The position numbers and the translations under genes were made by a program. This document shows, piece after piece, positions 11,554 to 25,402 of a stretch of 64,000 nt of DNA (position 1 is the first letter of the stretch; the number at the start of each line of letters is the position of its first letter). The stretch is from NCBI RefSeq assembly GCF_003334405.1, contig NZ_QOWM01000001.1; one strand, written 5' to 3'. A model generated the notes under the pieces. It did no database searches and was not told where the DNA came from. It worked only from the letters and a program-made list of their open reading frames with translations. The DNA is from Escherichia coli (GTDB lineage: Bacteria; Pseudomonadota; Gammaproteobacteria; Enterobacterales; Enterobacteriaceae).

Positions 11554-14500
11554 ATGACTCCAGTAAAAGTGTGGCAAGAGCGCGTTGAGATCCCGACCTA
11601 TGAAACCGGGCCGCAGGATATACATCCCATGTTCCTGGAAAATCGCGTTTATCAGGGATCGTCCGGCGCGGTTTATCCCTACGGCGTGACCGATACGCTG
11701 AGCGAGCAGAAAACCCTGAAATCCTGGCAGGCGGTGTGGCTGGAAAACGACTACATCAAAGTGATGATCCTGCCGGAACTGGGCGGTCGGGTGCATCGCG
11801 CGTGGGATAAAGTGAAACAGCGCGATTTTGTTTATCACAATGAAGTCATTAAACCTGCGCTGGTGGGGCTGCTGGGGCCGTGGATTTCCGGTGGGATTGA
11901 GTTTAACTGGCCGCAACATCATCGCCCGACCACCTTTATGCCCGTTGATTTCACCCTCGAAGCCCATGAAGACGGTGCACAGACGGTGTGGGTAGGCGAA
12001 ACGGAGCCGATGCATGGTTTACAGGTGATGACAGGTTTCACCCTGCGCCCTGACCGGGCGGCGCTGGAAATCGCCAGCCGCGTCTATAACGGGAACGCCA
12101 CGCCGCGTCATTTCTTGTGGTGGGCCAACCCGGCAGTGAAAGGGGGGGAAGGGCATCAGAGCGTCTTCCCGCCGGATGTAACGGCGGTGTTTGATCACGG
12201 CAAACGGGCCGTCTCCGCTTTCCCCATCGCTACCGGCACTTACTACAAAGTGGACTACTCCGCTGGAGTGGACATTTCTCGCTATAAAAATGTGCCTGTT
12301 CCAACCTCATATATGGCCGAAAAATCGCAGTACGATTTTGTCGGCGCGTGGTGTCACGATGAAGATGGCGGTTTGCTGCACGTTGCCAACCACCATATTG
12401 CGCCAGGTAAAAAACAGTGGAGTTGGGGACACAGTGAATTTGGCCAGGCGTGGGATAAGAGTCTGACCGACAATAACGGCCCGTATATCGAACTGATGAC
12501 CGGTATTTTTGCCGATAACCAGCCCGATTTTACCTGGCTTGATGCTTACGAAGAGAAGCGTTTTGAGCAGTATTTCCTGCCTTATCATTCTTTGGGCATG
12601 GTGCAAAATGCCTCCCGCGATGCGGTGATAAAACTCCAGCGTAGTAAGCGGGGGATTGAGTGGGGGCTGTATGCCATCTCTCCGTTGAACGGATACCGCC
12701 TGGCGATCCGCGAAATCGGTAAATGCAACGCGTTACTTGATGATGCCGTGGCACTGATGCCTGCGACCGCCATCCAGGGCGTGTTGCACGGTATCAATCC
12801 TGAAAGGCTGACCATTGAGCTCTCCGATGCCGACGGCAATATTGTACTGAGTTATCAGGAACATCAGCCGCAAGCGTTGCCGTTACCGGACGTCGCCAAA
12901 GCGCCACTGGCAGCACAAGACATTACCAGTACAGATGAAGCCTGGTTTATCGGTCAGCATCTGGAGCAATATCATCACGCCAGCCGTTCACCGTTCGATT
13001 ACTACCTGCGCGGCGTGGCGCTGGACCCGCTGGATTATCGCTGTAACCTGGCGCTGGCGATGCTGGAATATAACCGCGCAGATTTCCCGCAAGCGGTGGC
13101 GTATGCCACTCAGGCTCTGAAACGCGCACATTCGCTGAACAAAAATCCGCAGTGCGGACAGGCGAGTTTGATTCGCGCCAGTGCTTACGAACGTCAGGGA
13201 CAATATCAACAAGCCGAAGAGGATTTCTGGCGTGCGGTCTGGAGCGGCAACAGCAAAGCCGGTGGCTATTATGGCCTGGCACGACTGGCGGCGCGTAATG
13301 GTAACTTCGACGCTGGTCTGGATTTTTGCCAACAAAGTCTTCGCGCCTGCCCAACCAATCAGGAAGTGCTTTGCCTGCATAATCTGCTGCTGGTGTTAAG
13401 TGGTCGTCAGGACAACGCGCGTGTGCAGCGCGAGAAACTGCTGCGCGATTATCCGCTGAACGCCACTCTGTGGTGGCTGAACTGGTTCGATGGTCGTAGC
13501 GAATCAGCTCTCGCGCAGTGGCGCGGTCTGTGTCAGGGACGCGACGTTAACGCCCTGATGACCGCCGGGCAACTGATTAACTGGGGAATGCCCACCCTGG
13601 CGGCAGAGATGCTGAACGCACTGGACTGCCAGCGCACGCTGCCGCTTTACCTGCAAGCCAGCTTGCTGCCGAAAGCCGAACGTGGCGAACTGGTCGCAAA
13701 AGCCATTGATGTCTTCCCGCAGTTTGTCCGTTTCCCGAATACGCTGGAAGAAGTGGCGGCGCTGGAGAGTATTGAAGAGTGCTGGTTTGCTCGCCATTTA
13801 CTAGCTTGCTTCTACTACAACAAACGTAGCTACAACAAAGCCATTGCCTTTTGGCAACGTTGCGTAGAGATGTCGCCGGAGTTTGCCGACGGCTGGCGCG
13901 GGTTAGCGATCCATGCGTGGAATAAGCAACACGATTATGAGCTGGCCGCGCGTTATCTTGATAATGCTTATCAGCTTGCGCCGCAGGATGCACGTCTGCT
14001 TTTCGAACGGGATTTGCTGGATAAGTTAAGTGGAGCCACACCGGAGAAACGACTGGCGCGTCTGGAAAATAATCTGGAAATTGCGCTGAAACGCGACGAC
14101 ATGACCGCAGAACTGCTCAATTTGTGGCATCTCACGGGTCAGGCAGACAAAGCGGCGGACATTCTCGCCACGCGCAAATTCCACCCGTGGGAAGGCGGGG
14201 AAGGGAAGGTCACCAGTCAGTTTATCCTCAACCAGTTATTACGCGCCTGGCAGCATCTTGATGCCAGACAGCCGCAGCAGGCCTGCGAACTGCTTCATGC
14301 CGCGCTGCATTATCCGGAGAATTTAAGCGAAGGCCGTTTACCGGGGCAAACTGATAACGACATCTGGTTCTGGCAGGCGATATGCGCCAACGCGCAGGGC
14401 GATGAAACTGAAGCGACGCGTTGTTTACGTCTGGCGGCGACCGGCGATCGCACTATTAACATTCACAGTTATTACAACGATCAGCCGGTTGATTATCTCT

Positions 14501-14835
14501 TCTGGCAAGGGATGGCGCTGCGACTGCTGGGCGAACAACAAACCGCACAGCAACTGTTTAGTGAAATGAAACAGTGGGCGCAAGAGATGGCGAAAACCAG
14601 TATCGAAGCGGATTTCTTTGCCGTCTCGCAACCTGACTTGTTGTCGCTGTATGGCGATTTACAACAGCAGCATAAAGAAAAATGCCTGATGGTGGCGATG
14701 CTGGCGTCCGCGGGACTCGGGGAGGTTGCGCAATATGAGTCTGCTCGCGCTGAATTGACGGCGATTAATCCGGCTTGGCCGAAAGCGGCATTATTCACCA
14801 CCGTGATGCCTTTTATTTTTAACCGCGTTCACTAA
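11554..14835 (+). CDS. yphG: Large uncharacterised protein YphG (TPR-containing)
   Basis: 1093 aa from the ATG at 11554 (MTPVKVWQERVEIPTYETG...), preceded by GAGGG. Track ORF from 11461 is a 5' extension of the same frame. Confidence 0.8.
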   Translation: MTPVKVWQERVEIPTYETGPQDIHPMFLENRVYQGSSGAVYPYGVTDTLSEQKTLKSWQAVWLENDYIKVMILPELGGRVHRAWDKVKQRDFVYHNEVIKPALVGLLGPWISGGIEFNWPQHHRPTTFMPVDFTLEAHEDGAQTVWVGETEPMHGLQVMTGFTLRPDRAALEIASRVYNGNATPRHFLWWANPAVKGGEGHQSVFPPDVTAVFDHGKRAVSAFPIATGTYYKVDYSAGVDISRYKNVPVPTSYMAEKSQYDFVGAWCHDEDGGLLHVANHHIAPGKKQWSWGHSEFGQAWDKSLTDNNGPYIELMTGIFADNQPDFTWLDAYEEKRFEQYFLPYHSLGMVQNASRDAVIKLQRSKRGIEWGLYAISPLNGYRLAIREIGKCNALLDDAVALMPATAIQGVLHGINPERLTIELSDADGNIVLSYQEHQPQALPLPDVAKAPLAAQDITSTDEAWFIGQHLEQYHHASRSPFDYYLRGVALDPLDYRCNLALAMLEYNRADFPQAVAYATQALKRAHSLNKNPQCGQASLIRASAYERQGQYQQAEEDFWRAVWSGNSKAGGYYGLARLAARNGNFDAGLDFCQQSLRACPTNQEVLCLHNLLLVLSGRQDNARVQREKLLRDYPLNATLWWLNWFDGRSESALAQWRGLCQGRDVNALMTAGQLINWGMPTLAAEMLNALDCQRTLPLYLQASLLPKAERGELVAKAIDVFPQFVRFPNTLEEVAALESIEECWFARHLLACFYYNKRSYNKAIAFWQRCVEMSPEFADGWRGLAIHAWNKQHDYELAARYLDNAYQLAPQDARLLFERDLLDKLSGATPEKRLARLENNLEIALKRDDMTAELLNLWHLTGQADKAADILATRKFHPWEGGEGKVTSQFILNQLLRAWQHLDARQPQQACELLHAALHYPENLSEGRLPGQTDNDIWFWQAICANAQGDETEATRCLRLAATGDRTINIHSYYNDQPVDYLFWQGMALRLLGEQQTAQQLFSEMKQWAQEMAKTSIEADFFAVSQPDLLSLYGDLQQQHKEKCLMVAMLASAGLGEVAQYESARAELTAINPAWPKAALFTTVMPFIFNRVH

Positions 14836-14931
14836 ACCCTATTAACTGTAATATTTGAGCGGCACGCGCTGCCGCTCATCACAAAATAATTAGAATAAGC
14901 CGTTGTTAATAAAAACCCTACAGGAGGCTCT

Positions 14932-15915
14932 ATGCCTACAAAAATGAGAACAACCCGTAATCTATTATTAATGGCTACGCTATTAGGTAGCGCACTATTT
15001 GCCAGGGCTGCGGAAAAAGAAATGACCATTGGCGCAATATACCTTGATACTCAGGGATACTACGCTGGAGTGCGTCAGGGCGTTCAGGATGCGGCAAAAG
15101 ATTCCTCAGTACAAGTTCAGTTAATAGAAACTAACGCCCAGGGTGATATTTCGAAAGAAAGTACCTTTGTTGATACCCTCGTGGCGCGTAATGTCGATGC
15201 CATTATTTTATCGGCAGTGTCTGAAAATGGCAGTAGCCGTACCGTTCGTCGCGCCAGTGAAGCGGGCATTCCGGTGATTTGCTACAACACCTGTATTAAT
15301 CAAAAGGGGGTCGATAAATATGTCTCGGCGTATCTGGTCGCCGATCCGCTGGAATTTGGTAAAAAACTGGGTAACGCTGCCGCTGATTATTTTATTGCCA
15401 ATAAAATTGACCAGCCGAAAATTGCCGTCATCAATTGCGAAGCCTTTGAAGTTTGTGTGCAGCGACGTAAAGGATTTGAAGAAGTTTTAAAATCCCGCGT
15501 TCCCGGCGCGCAAATTGTCGCTAATCAGGAAGGGACTGTTTTAGATAAAGCGATTTCCGTTGGTGAAAAACTAATTATCTCCACGCCGGATCTCAACGCC
15601 ATTATGGGGGAATCGGGCGGTGCGACACTCGGCGCGGTAAAAGCGGTACGTAATCAAAATCAGGCCGGAAAAATTGCTGTTTTCGGTTCGGATATGACAA
15701 CCGAAATTGCTCAGGAGCTGGAAAACAATCAGGTGCTGAAAGCGGTAGTGGATATTTCCGGTAAGAAAATGGGCAATGCTGTTTTCGCGCAAACATTGAA
15801 GGTTATCAATAAACAAGCCGACGGTGAAAAAGTGATTCAGGTGCCTATCGATCTCTATACCAAAACGGAAGACGGTAAACAGTGGCTGGCAACGCACGTT
15901 GATGGTCTGCCCTAA
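14932..15915 (+). CDS. yphF: ABC transporter periplasmic sugar-binding protein YphF
   Basis: 327 aa, signal peptide (MPTKMRTTRNLLLMATLLGSALFARA), periplasmic-binding-protein fold. RBS AGGAGG upstream. Confidence 0.85.
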   Translation: MPTKMRTTRNLLLMATLLGSALFARAAEKEMTIGAIYLDTQGYYAGVRQGVQDAAKDSSVQVQLIETNAQGDISKESTFVDTLVARNVDAIILSAVSENGSSRTVRRASEAGIPVICYNTCINQKGVDKYVSAYLVADPLEFGKKLGNAAADYFIANKIDQPKIAVINCEAFEVCVQRRKGFEEVLKSRVPGAQIVANQEGTVLDKAISVGEKLIISTPDLNAIMGESGGATLGAVKAVRNQNQAGKIAVFGSDMTTEIAQELENNQVLKAVVDISGKKMGNAVFAQTLKVINKQADGEKVIQVPIDLYTKTEDGKQWLATHVDGLP

Positions 15916-15937
15916 TCGCTGATTCGCAGAGGTCCCT

Positions 15938-17449
15938 ATGTTCACGGCAACAGAGGCAGTCCCGGTAGCAAAAGTGGTGGCAGGAAATAAGCGTTATCCC
16001 GGCGTCGTTGCGCTGGATAACGTTAACTTCACGCTCAATAAAGGCGAAGTTCGTGCGCTGTTAGGTAAAAACGGCGCGGGCAAATCGACTCTCATTCGAA
16101 TGCTTACCGGCAGCGAACGCCCGGATAGCGGTGATATCTGGATTGGCGAGACGCGACTGGAAGGTGACGAAGCTACGCTGACTCGCCGTGCCGCTGAACT
16201 GGGGGTGCGCGCGGTTTATCAGGAGTTAAGTCTGGTGGAAGGGCTGACAGTGGCGGAAAACCTCTGCCTCGGTCAGTGGCCCCGCCGCAACGGCATGATT
16301 GATTACCTGCAAATGGCGCAGGATGCCCAACGTTGCTTACAGGCGCTGGGCGTTGACGTTAGTCCTGAACAACTTGTTTCAACGCTAAGCCCGGCGCAAA
16401 AGCAGCTGGTGGAAATTGCGCGGGTGATGAAGGGCGAGCCGCGCGTGGTCATTCTTGATGAACCTACCAGTTCGCTTGCGAGTGCGGAAGTTGAACTGGT
16501 GATCAGCGCGGTGAAAAAGATGTCGGCACTGGGCGTGGCGGTGATTTATGTCAGCCACCGGATGGAAGAAATTCGCCGCATTGCCTCCTGTGCCACCGTT
16601 ATGCGCGATGGTCAGGTGGCGGGCGATGTGATGCTCGAAAACACCTCCACGCATCATATTGTGTCGCTGATGCTCGGGCGCGATCACGTTGATATTGCGC
16701 CGGTAGCCCCTCAGGAAATTGTGGATCAGGCCGTGCTGGAAGTCCGTGCGTTACGCCATAAGCCCAAGCTGGAGGATATCAGTTTTACGCTACGTCGTGG
16801 CGAAGTGCTCGGCATTGCTGGTCTGCTGGGGGCAGGGCGCAGTGAATTGCTGAAGGCGATTGTTGGGCTGGAGGAGTATGAACAGGGCGAAATTGTTATC
16901 AACGGCGAGAAAATCACGCGCCCCGATTACGGCGACATGCTGAAACGCGGCATTGGCTATACGCCAGAAAACCGCAAAGAAGCGGGGATCATTCCCTGGT
17001 TGGGCGTTGACGAAAATACAGTGCTGACCAATCGGCAAAAAATCAGCGCCAACGGTGTGCTGCAATGGTCCACCATCCGCCGCCTGACCGAAGAGGTGAT
17101 GCAGCGGATGACGGTCAAGGCCGCCAGTAGCGAAACACCCATCGGCACGCTTTCTGGTGGCAATCAGCAAAAAGTGGTGATCGGTCGTTGGGTCTATGCT
17201 GCCAGCCAGATTTTGTTGCTCGACGAGCCAACGCGCGGCGTCGATATCGAAGCCAAACAGCAGATTTACCGTATTGTCCGTGAGCTGGCTGCCGAAGGAA
17301 AAAGCGTGGTGTTTATCTCCAGTGAAGTGGAGGAGTTGCCGCTGGTGTGTGACCGCATCCTGTTATTACAGCACGGCACGTTCTCGCAGGAGTTTCACGC
17401 TCCGGTCAATGTGGATGAGCTGATGTCCGCCATTCTGTCTGTGCACTGA
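15938..17449 (+). CDS. yphE: ABC transporter ATP-binding protein YphE (duplicated ATPase cassette)
   Basis: 503 aa, two Walker A motifs (GKNGAGKST and GLLGAGRSEL) and two signature motifs (LSPAQKQ, LSGGNQQK). Confidence 0.88.
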   Translation: MFTATEAVPVAKVVAGNKRYPGVVALDNVNFTLNKGEVRALLGKNGAGKSTLIRMLTGSERPDSGDIWIGETRLEGDEATLTRRAAELGVRAVYQELSLVEGLTVAENLCLGQWPRRNGMIDYLQMAQDAQRCLQALGVDVSPEQLVSTLSPAQKQLVEIARVMKGEPRVVILDEPTSSLASAEVELVISAVKKMSALGVAVIYVSHRMEEIRRIASCATVMRDGQVAGDVMLENTSTHHIVSLMLGRDHVDIAPVAPQEIVDQAVLEVRALRHKPKLEDISFTLRRGEVLGIAGLLGAGRSELLKAIVGLEEYEQGEIVINGEKITRPDYGDMLKRGIGYTPENRKEAGIIPWLGVDENTVLTNRQKISANGVLQWSTIRRLTEEVMQRMTVKAASSETPIGTLSGGNQQKVVIGRWVYAASQILLLDEPTRGVDIEAKQQIYRIVRELAAEGKSVVFISSEVEELPLVCDRILLLQHGTFSQEFHAPVNVDELMSAILSVH

Positions 17450-17473
17450 TGAATTTTACCGAGGAACCTGAAG

Positions 17474-18472
17474 ATGTCTGCTTCGTCATTACCATTGCCG
17501 CAGGGCAAGAGCGTCTCGCTCAAACAATTTGTCAGTCGCCATATTAATGAGATCGGTTTGCTGGTGGTGATTGCCATTCTTTATCTGGTCTTCTCCCTGA
17601 ACGCGCCTGGCTTTATCTCATTGAATAACCAGATGAACGTGCTGCGCGATGCCGCCACCATTGGGATTGCCGCCTGGGCGATGACGCTGATTATTATCTC
17701 CGGTGAAATTGATGTCAGCGTTGGGCCGATGGTGGCTTTTGTCTCGGTGTGCCTGGCATTTTTGCTGCAATTTGAAGTTCCGCTGGCGGTGGCGTGCCTG
17801 CTGGTGTTGCTGTTAGGCGCGCTGATGGGAACGCTGGCCGGGGTGCTGCGCGGCGTGTTTAATGTACCAAGTTTCGTTGCCACACTGGGGCTGTGGAGCG
17901 CCCTGCGCGGAATGGGGCTGTTTATGACGAACGCACTGCCAGTGCCGATTGATGAAAACGAGGTGCTGGACTGGCTGGGCGGACAATTTCTCGGTGTGCC
18001 GGTATCCGCGCTGATCATGATTGTGTTGTTTGCGCTGTTTGTGTTCATCAGCCGCAAAACCGCCTTCGGGCGCTCGGTTTTTGCCGTTGGCGGTAATGCT
18101 ACGGCGGCGCAGTTGTGCGGCATCAACGTTCGTCGGGTGCGCATTCTTATCTTTACCCTTTCGGGATTATTAGCGGCGGTGACCGGCATTTTGTTGGCGG
18201 CGCGCCTCGGTTCTGGTAACGCAGGTGCCGCAAACGGTCTGGAGTTTGACGTCATCGCCGCGGTCGTGGTCGGCGGTACGGCACTTTCCGGCGGTCGCGG
18301 TTCCCTGTTCGGTACATTGCTTGGTGTGCTGGTGATTACGCTAATCGGTAACGGTCTGGTGCTGCTCGGTATTAACTCCTTTTTCCAGCAGGTGGTACGC
18401 GGCGTCATCATCGTGGTGGCGGTGCTGGCGAATATCTTGCTGACCCAGCGAAGCAGTAAAGCGAAACGCTAA
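17474..18472 (+). CDS. yphD: ABC transporter permease YphD
   Basis: 332 aa, multi-spanning hydrophobic protein of the ribose/xylose-type permease family. Confidence 0.85.
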   Translation: MSASSLPLPQGKSVSLKQFVSRHINEIGLLVVIAILYLVFSLNAPGFISLNNQMNVLRDAATIGIAAWAMTLIIISGEIDVSVGPMVAFVSVCLAFLLQFEVPLAVACLLVLLLGALMGTLAGVLRGVFNVPSFVATLGLWSALRGMGLFMTNALPVPIDENEVLDWLGGQFLGVPVSALIMIVLFALFVFISRKTAFGRSVFAVGGNATAAQLCGINVRRVRILIFTLSGLLAAVTGILLAARLGSGNAGAANGLEFDVIAAVVVGGTALSGGRGSLFGTLLGVLVITLIGNGLVLLGINSFFQQVVRGVIIVVAVLANILLTQRSSKAKR

Positions 18473-18537
18473 ACCTTAACGCCCCTGGCGCGGGTGCGGC
18501 AGGGATGAAAATTAATCGTATTGTTAATGAGGGATTT

Positions 18538-19599
18538 ATGAAAACGATGCTGGCAGCTTATTTACCAGGAAATTCGACCGTCGATCTGCGGGAAGTTGCG
18601 GTGCCGACGCCGGGGATTAACCAGGTACTGATCAAAATGAAATCCTCCGGGATTTGCGGAAGCGATGTCCACTATATCTATCATCAACACCGTGCCACAG
18701 CGGCGGCACCCGATAAACCGTTATACCAGGGCTTTATCAACGGTCATGAACCGTGCGGGCAGATTGTGGCGATGGGGCAAGGCTGCCGCCATTTTAAAGA
18801 GGGCGACCGCGTGCTGGTGTATCACATTTCTGGCTGTGGTTTTTGCCCGAACTGCCGTCGCGGTTTTCCTATTTCTTGTACTGGCGAAGGAAAAGCGGCT
18901 TACGGCTGGCAGCGTGACGGCGGTCATGCCGAATACTTGCTGGCGGAAGAAAAAGATCTGATCCTCCTGCCGGATGCGCTGAGCTACGAAGATGGTGCGT
19001 TTATCAGTTGCGGCGTTGGTACAGCGTATGAAGGAATTTTGCGCGGCGAAGTTTCCGGCAGTGATAACGTGCTGGTGGTCGGTCTGGGGCCAGTCGGCAT
19101 GATGGCGATGATGCTGGCGAAAGGTCGCGGTGCAAAACGGATCATCGGCGTTGATATGCTGCCGGAACGTCTGGCGATGGCAAAACAGTTAGGGGTGATG
19201 GATCACGGCTATTTAGCAACCACCGAAGGTCTGCCGCAGATTATCGCCGAACTCACCCACGGTGGCGCGGATGTTGCGCTCGATTGTTCCGGTAATGCCG
19301 CAGGTCGCTTGCTGGCACTGCAATCCACCGCTGACTGGGGACGGGTGGTTTACATTGGTGAAACCGGAAAAGTGGAATTCGAGGTCAGCGCCGATCTGAT
19401 GCACCATCAACGGCGGATTATCGGCTCCTGGGTGACCAGTCTGTTCCATATGGAAAAATGCGCCCATGATCTGACGGACTGGAAGCTGTGGCCGCGTAAC
19501 GCCATTACCCATCGCTTCTCGCTGGAACAGGCAGGTGATGCCTATGCGCTGATGGCGAGCGGCAAATGCGGGAAAGTTGTGATTAACTTCCCGGATTAA
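18538..19599 (+). CDS. yphC: Zn-dependent alcohol/polyol dehydrogenase family protein YphC
   Basis: 353 aa from the ATG at 18538 (MKTMLAAYLPG...). GHEPCG zinc motif and GLGPVG Rossmann motif. Confidence 0.82.
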   Translation: MKTMLAAYLPGNSTVDLREVAVPTPGINQVLIKMKSSGICGSDVHYIYHQHRATAAAPDKPLYQGFINGHEPCGQIVAMGQGCRHFKEGDRVLVYHISGCGFCPNCRRGFPISCTGEGKAAYGWQRDGGHAEYLLAEEKDLILLPDALSYEDGAFISCGVGTAYEGILRGEVSGSDNVLVVGLGPVGMMAMMLAKGRGAKRIIGVDMLPERLAMAKQLGVMDHGYLATTEGLPQIIAELTHGGADVALDCSGNAAGRLLALQSTADWGRVVYIGETGKVEFEVSADLMHHQRRIIGSWVTSLFHMEKCAHDLTDWKLWPRNAITHRFSLEQAGDAYALMASGKCGKVVINFPD

Positions 19600-19610
19600 G
19601 GAGTTAGCGG

Positions 19611-20483
19611 ATGACCATCTATACCTTATCCCACGGGTCGCTAAAGCTGGACGTTTCTGACCAGGGCGGCGTAATCGAAGGCTTCTGGCGCGATACGACG
19701 CCGCTCTTACGTCCTGGTAAAAAAAGCGGTGTGGCAACCGATGCCTCATGTTTTCCGCTGGTGCCATTTGCAAACCGGGTGAGCGGCAATCGTTTTGTCT
19801 GGCAGGGGCGTGAGTATCAACTGCAACCGAATGTTGAGTGGGATGCGCACTATCTACACGGCGATGGCTGGCTGGGCGAGTGGCAATGTGTCTCGCACAG
19901 CGATGATAGTTTGTGTCTGGTGTATGAACATCGCAGCGGTGTCTATCACTATCGGGTAAGTCAGGCGTTTCATTTAACGGCGGATACGCTGACGGTGACG
20001 CTCTCTGTCACCAATCAAGGGGCAGAGACGCTGCCATTTGGTACCGGCTGGCATCCTTATTTTCCGTTGTCGCCGCAAACGCGGATTCAGGCACAGGCGA
20101 GCGGTTACTGGCTGGAGCGGGAGCAGTGGCTGGCGGGTGAGTTTTGCGAGCAGCTACCGCAGGAACTGGATTTTAACCAGCCCGCGCCGTTGCCGCGCCA
20201 GTGGGTGAACAATGGTTTTGCCGGATGGAATGGTCAGGCCCGCATCGAGCAGCCGCAGGAAGGTTATGCCATCATCATGGAAACGACGCCACCTGCACCG
20301 TGTTATTTCATCTTTGTTTCCGACCCTGCGTTTGATAAAGGATATGCGTTTGATTTCTTCTGTCTGGAACCGATGAGCCATGCGCCGGATGATCATCATC
20401 GCCCGGAAGGGGGTGATCTCATTGCGCTAGCACCAGGGGAATCAACAACTTCAGAGATGTCGTTGCGGGTAGAGTGGCTGTAA
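19611..20483 (+). CDS. yphB: Aldose 1-epimerase-like protein YphB
   Basis: 290 aa, mutarotase-like protein, start 12 nt after the yphC stop. Confidence 0.8.
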   Translation: MTIYTLSHGSLKLDVSDQGGVIEGFWRDTTPLLRPGKKSGVATDASCFPLVPFANRVSGNRFVWQGREYQLQPNVEWDAHYLHGDGWLGEWQCVSHSDDSLCLVYEHRSGVYHYRVSQAFHLTADTLTVTLSVTNQGAETLPFGTGWHPYFPLSPQTRIQAQASGYWLEREQWLAGEFCEQLPQELDFNQPAPLPRQWVNNGFAGWNGQARIEQPQEGYAIIMETTPPAPCYFIFVSDPAFDKGYAFDFFCLEPMSHAPDDHHRPEGGDLIALAPGESTTSEMSLRVEWL

Positions 20484-20489
20484 TTTATT

Positions 20490-20525
20490 AAATGCCGGAT
20501 AAGGCGTTCACGCCGCATCCGGCAT
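20490..20525. repeat. REP palindrome downstream of yphB
   Basis: AATGCCGGATAAGGCGTTCACGCCGCATCCGGCAT. Confidence 0.8.
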
Positions 20526-20530
20526 CTTTC

Positions 20531-20953
20531 CTAACGCCGATCGAGAGAAATTGCCCCCGGCCCGGTAATTGCCAATAGCAAGAACGCGCCAGCGATACTG
20601 ACATTCTTCCAGAAATTAATCATATTTGGCCCAACCGCATCGCCGGTCATATCCCAGTAATGGTGACCAATCACCGCCGTACCCAGCGTGTAGAAAATAA
20701 ACAGCACCGCCAGCGGACGGGTGAAAAAGCCAAGCACGATTAATATCGCGGCGGGCACTTCCATAACTACCGCAATAATCGCTGCCAGCATCGGCATTGG
20801 CGCGCCCAACGAGGCCATATATTGGACCGTACCGTCAAAGCCCATCATTTTGGGAAAACCAAAAATAATGAAAATTAAGACCACGGCGATACGGGCAATT
20901 AATAACAAAACGGGGCGGGCAGCTCCAAAATCAAAATAACGTAGTGTGTTCAT
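20531..20953 (-). CDS. yphA: DoxX-family inner membrane protein YphA
   Basis: 140 aa from the ATG at 20953 ([18 protein letters not shown]...). Four predicted TM helices. Confidence 0.8.
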
Positions 20954-21049
20954 AACCAATCCCTTTGCAAGATAATGTGATTTAAACGTAATACACACTC
21001 TTGCACCTCGCCACGCCCCAGGCATTGAGATATTCGCTAATTATCCTGG

Positions 21050-22261
<1,212 letters not shown>

Positions 22262-23074
22262 TTAAAGATCCAGCCCAGCCGCTACGTGGCGAATGCCGCG
22301 AATCGCTAAACCCGCATCAGCGTTGATCATCACACCGCTTAATGCGCGATTATTGCGCCGCGATGTCAACATCACATACGGCCCCGTAAAATCCGCCGGT
22401 TGCGGGAAAAATTGCAGCGGTAAAATGGCGGCAATTTTCTCCGGCGTCAGAGACTGCATTATCGAGGTTTCACTTTGCCCGAGCGCCTGTGGGCCGCGCA
22501 GGTCGCTGGCCATACCACACGGGCCGACGCCATTCACCCGCACTTTCGGTGCCAGTTCATAAGCCAGTTGGCGAATAAGTCCGGTTGCGGCATGTTTACT
22601 GGCGGTGTACAGCGGGCCACCGCCGCCAGGATACCAGGCGGCATTTGACAGTGTGAAAATCATGCTGCCTTCACTGGCGATTAACGCCGGAGCGCAGGCT
22701 TTTGCGCCCAGCAGGTAACCGAGAACATTGACGTTAAACAGCTCGTGGAAGCCGGTTTCGAGCGTCTCTGCGGGAGTATTAACCAGTGAGGCATTGTGAT
22801 CCCAGATGCCTGCATTGCCGATAAAACAATCCAGCTTGCCGGAACGAGTCAGGATCTGATCGACCGCGCGTTGATAATCGGCATAACAGGTCACGTTACC
22901 TTCCACCGCCAGAATATGTTCGCCAAATCGCTGACGCAGACTGGCGACTTTTGCCGCCGACAGTTCCAGCGTGGCAACCTGCGCGCCTTCTTCGATAAAT
23001 CGCTCGACCAGCGCCAGCCCTAATCCCGATCCGCCGCCGGTAATAAAAATGGACTCGTTATGCAGATCGCTCAT
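22262..23074 (-). CDS. hcaB: cis-dihydrodiol dehydrogenase (short-chain dehydrogenase)
   Basis: 270 aa, TGGGSGLG cofactor motif and Y-x3-K catalytic pair. Confidence 0.9.
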   Translation of the reverse strand: MSDLHNESIFITGGGSGLGLALVERFIEEGAQVATLELSAAKVASLRQRFGEHILAVEGNVTCYADYQRAVDQILTRSGKLDCFIGNAGIWDHNASLVNTPAETLETGFHELFNVNVLGYLLGAKACAPALIASEGSMIFTLSNAAWYPGGGGPLYTASKHAATGLIRQLAYELAPKVRVNGVGPCGMASDLRGPQALGQSETSIMQSLTPEKIAAILPLQFFPQPADFTGPYVMLTSRRNNRALSGVMINADAGLAIRGIRHVAAGLDL

Positions 23075-23390
23075 GGCTGCGCCTCCGGTAAGTCGATGAA
23101 AATGTCACCACCTTCAACGTGTACTGGATAAGTGGTGAGCGGATCGGTGGCGGGCAGGCATAACGCTTTCCCCGTTTTCAGGCAAAAACTGGCGGCGTGT
23201 AGCGGGCACTCCACCGTGGCGTCATCTTCCAGATACCCTTCTGACATTGACGCATTACCATGGCTGCAACGATCGTTAATGGCATAAAACTCGCCGCCAA
23301 CGTTGAACAGGGCGATGACGGGCGAGGTATCGATCCGGAGAGCCTCACCCTCCGGCACATCCGCAACGGGACACGCATAAATTCGATTCA

Positions 23391-23391
<1 letters not shown>
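23071..23391 (-). CDS. hcaC: Rieske [2Fe-2S] ferredoxin component of the dioxygenase
   Basis: 106 aa, CSHGNAS ... CPLHAASF Rieske motif. 4-bp overlap with hcaB. Confidence 0.9.
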
Positions 23392-25303
<1,912 letters not shown>

Positions 25304-25402
25304 CTATTTTTGTGCCATAAGGATGTTGCTGGTTTGTTGCTAATATGTGAAATAGTTAATTTCTACCAGCTGAGACGTTTTTTCGATAACAAGGGGAAGG
25401 TG

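Noticed and set aside
14836-14931. Hairpin GAGCGGCacgcgctGCCGCTC between yphG and yphF as a possible terminator or riboswitch
   Set aside because: No U-tract follows it and it is 50 nt upstream of the yphF RBS inside an apparent operon; most likely a simple mRNA stem-loop. Too little evidence to call.
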